64,000 nucleotides of DNA, taken from contig NC_043014.1 in the NCBI RefSeq assembly GCF_006345805.1, positions 35,588,001-35,652,000 of the forward strand, in the 5' to 3' direction. The notes under the pieces are model-generated. The model was not told the origin of the DNA. It saw only the letters and a list, made by a program, of their open reading frames with translations, and searched no databases. This document shows positions 63,400-64,000 of this stretch, in pieces. Within the stretch, counting starts at the first letter, position 1, and each line of letters begins with the position of its first letter. A program made the position numbers and the translations under genes. The stretch is from Octopus sinensis. Lineage: Eukaryota.

Positions 63400-63964
63400 T
63401 ATTATTGAGTGAGAGAGCAGTGCATGCCATCAAAGTGACATTGGGGTAAAATATACGAAGCCCAGTATACCCATCATGACTACCCGTCTGATAAGGGTAC
63501 ATTAGGCACATACATTACAACCATGTGTGCGCGACATGGCGATCTCATAGCAAGATAAACAGCACATGACCTTGCAGGTGGGGCCCAGTTAGAATTTTCT
63601 TCTGGTCGAGTAACCCATCCCGCTCAAAAGGCCCCTGAATAAGGGTTGTTAAGGATGTTGAACGAACCACCCATGTTTCCAGAGGTGAATTATTCAACCC
63701 CAAAGAATCCCTCTCATCACATGGCTATGATGCTCCCCCACTACTTCTGCTTGTGATCAGCGATGCACATATCATCAACCACTAAGGGACATGGTCAACT
63801 GGTTATGGTCAACTAACTGACAAGCAAAATCTGTGGTATTGAACAGAATATTTGCTGTAGCGCATCTTTTACACCAAGACAAAAATAATGCACATGATAA
63901 CACTTCCAATCAGTTAAGATCAGAAGCCATGAGAGCCACTGCCTGGTACTGTATCAGGGCATCT
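62741..63964 (-). mobile_element. Two near-identical tandem copies (666-bp period) of a 560-bp retroelement-like fragment ending in (AAT)n
   Basis: Copies at 62741-63300 and 63407-63964, separated by (CTT)n(ATT)n; the minus-strand end reads ..gatggcatgcactgctctctcactc(aat)n. The element class is inferred, not shown. Confidence 0.7.
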
Positions 63965-64000
63965 ATTCTTCTTCTTCTTCTTCTTCTCTTCTTCTTCTTC

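Overview
A repeat-dominated, AT-rich animal genomic window with one 100-N scaffold gap (16445-16544). I found no host protein-coding gene that I can support, so it is probably intergenic or one long intron. The mix of tRNA-headed SINEs, CR1/RTE/Tx1-type LINEs, mariners, Helitron-like elements and very dense TA/CA/TATG/AGAT microsatellites resembles an octopus (coleoid cephalopod) genome; that assignment is inference from recall, not a search. Main contents: (i) a near-full-length CR1-type LINE (21960-25909) whose ORF1 combines a trihelix Myb/SANT-like domain with a CCCH finger; (ii) at least four SINE families, which I label A-D; (iii) several Tc1/mariner relics; (iv) non-autonomous Helitron-like elements and a foldback MITE; (v) three short TA-flanked elements carrying minimal hammerhead-like motifs with non-canonical cores. 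The most interesting signals concern how these elements move: a covarying 3' stem-loop shared by the LINE, SINE A and ~60-bp tail-only elements; SINE B multimers inside single target-site duplications; a twin-primed RTE insertion; a 41-bp terminal palindrome whose loop is flipped between two Helitron-like copies; and closely spaced inverted SINE pairs that could form dsRNA. All alignments, translations and folds were done by eye, and boundaries of old repeats are approximate.
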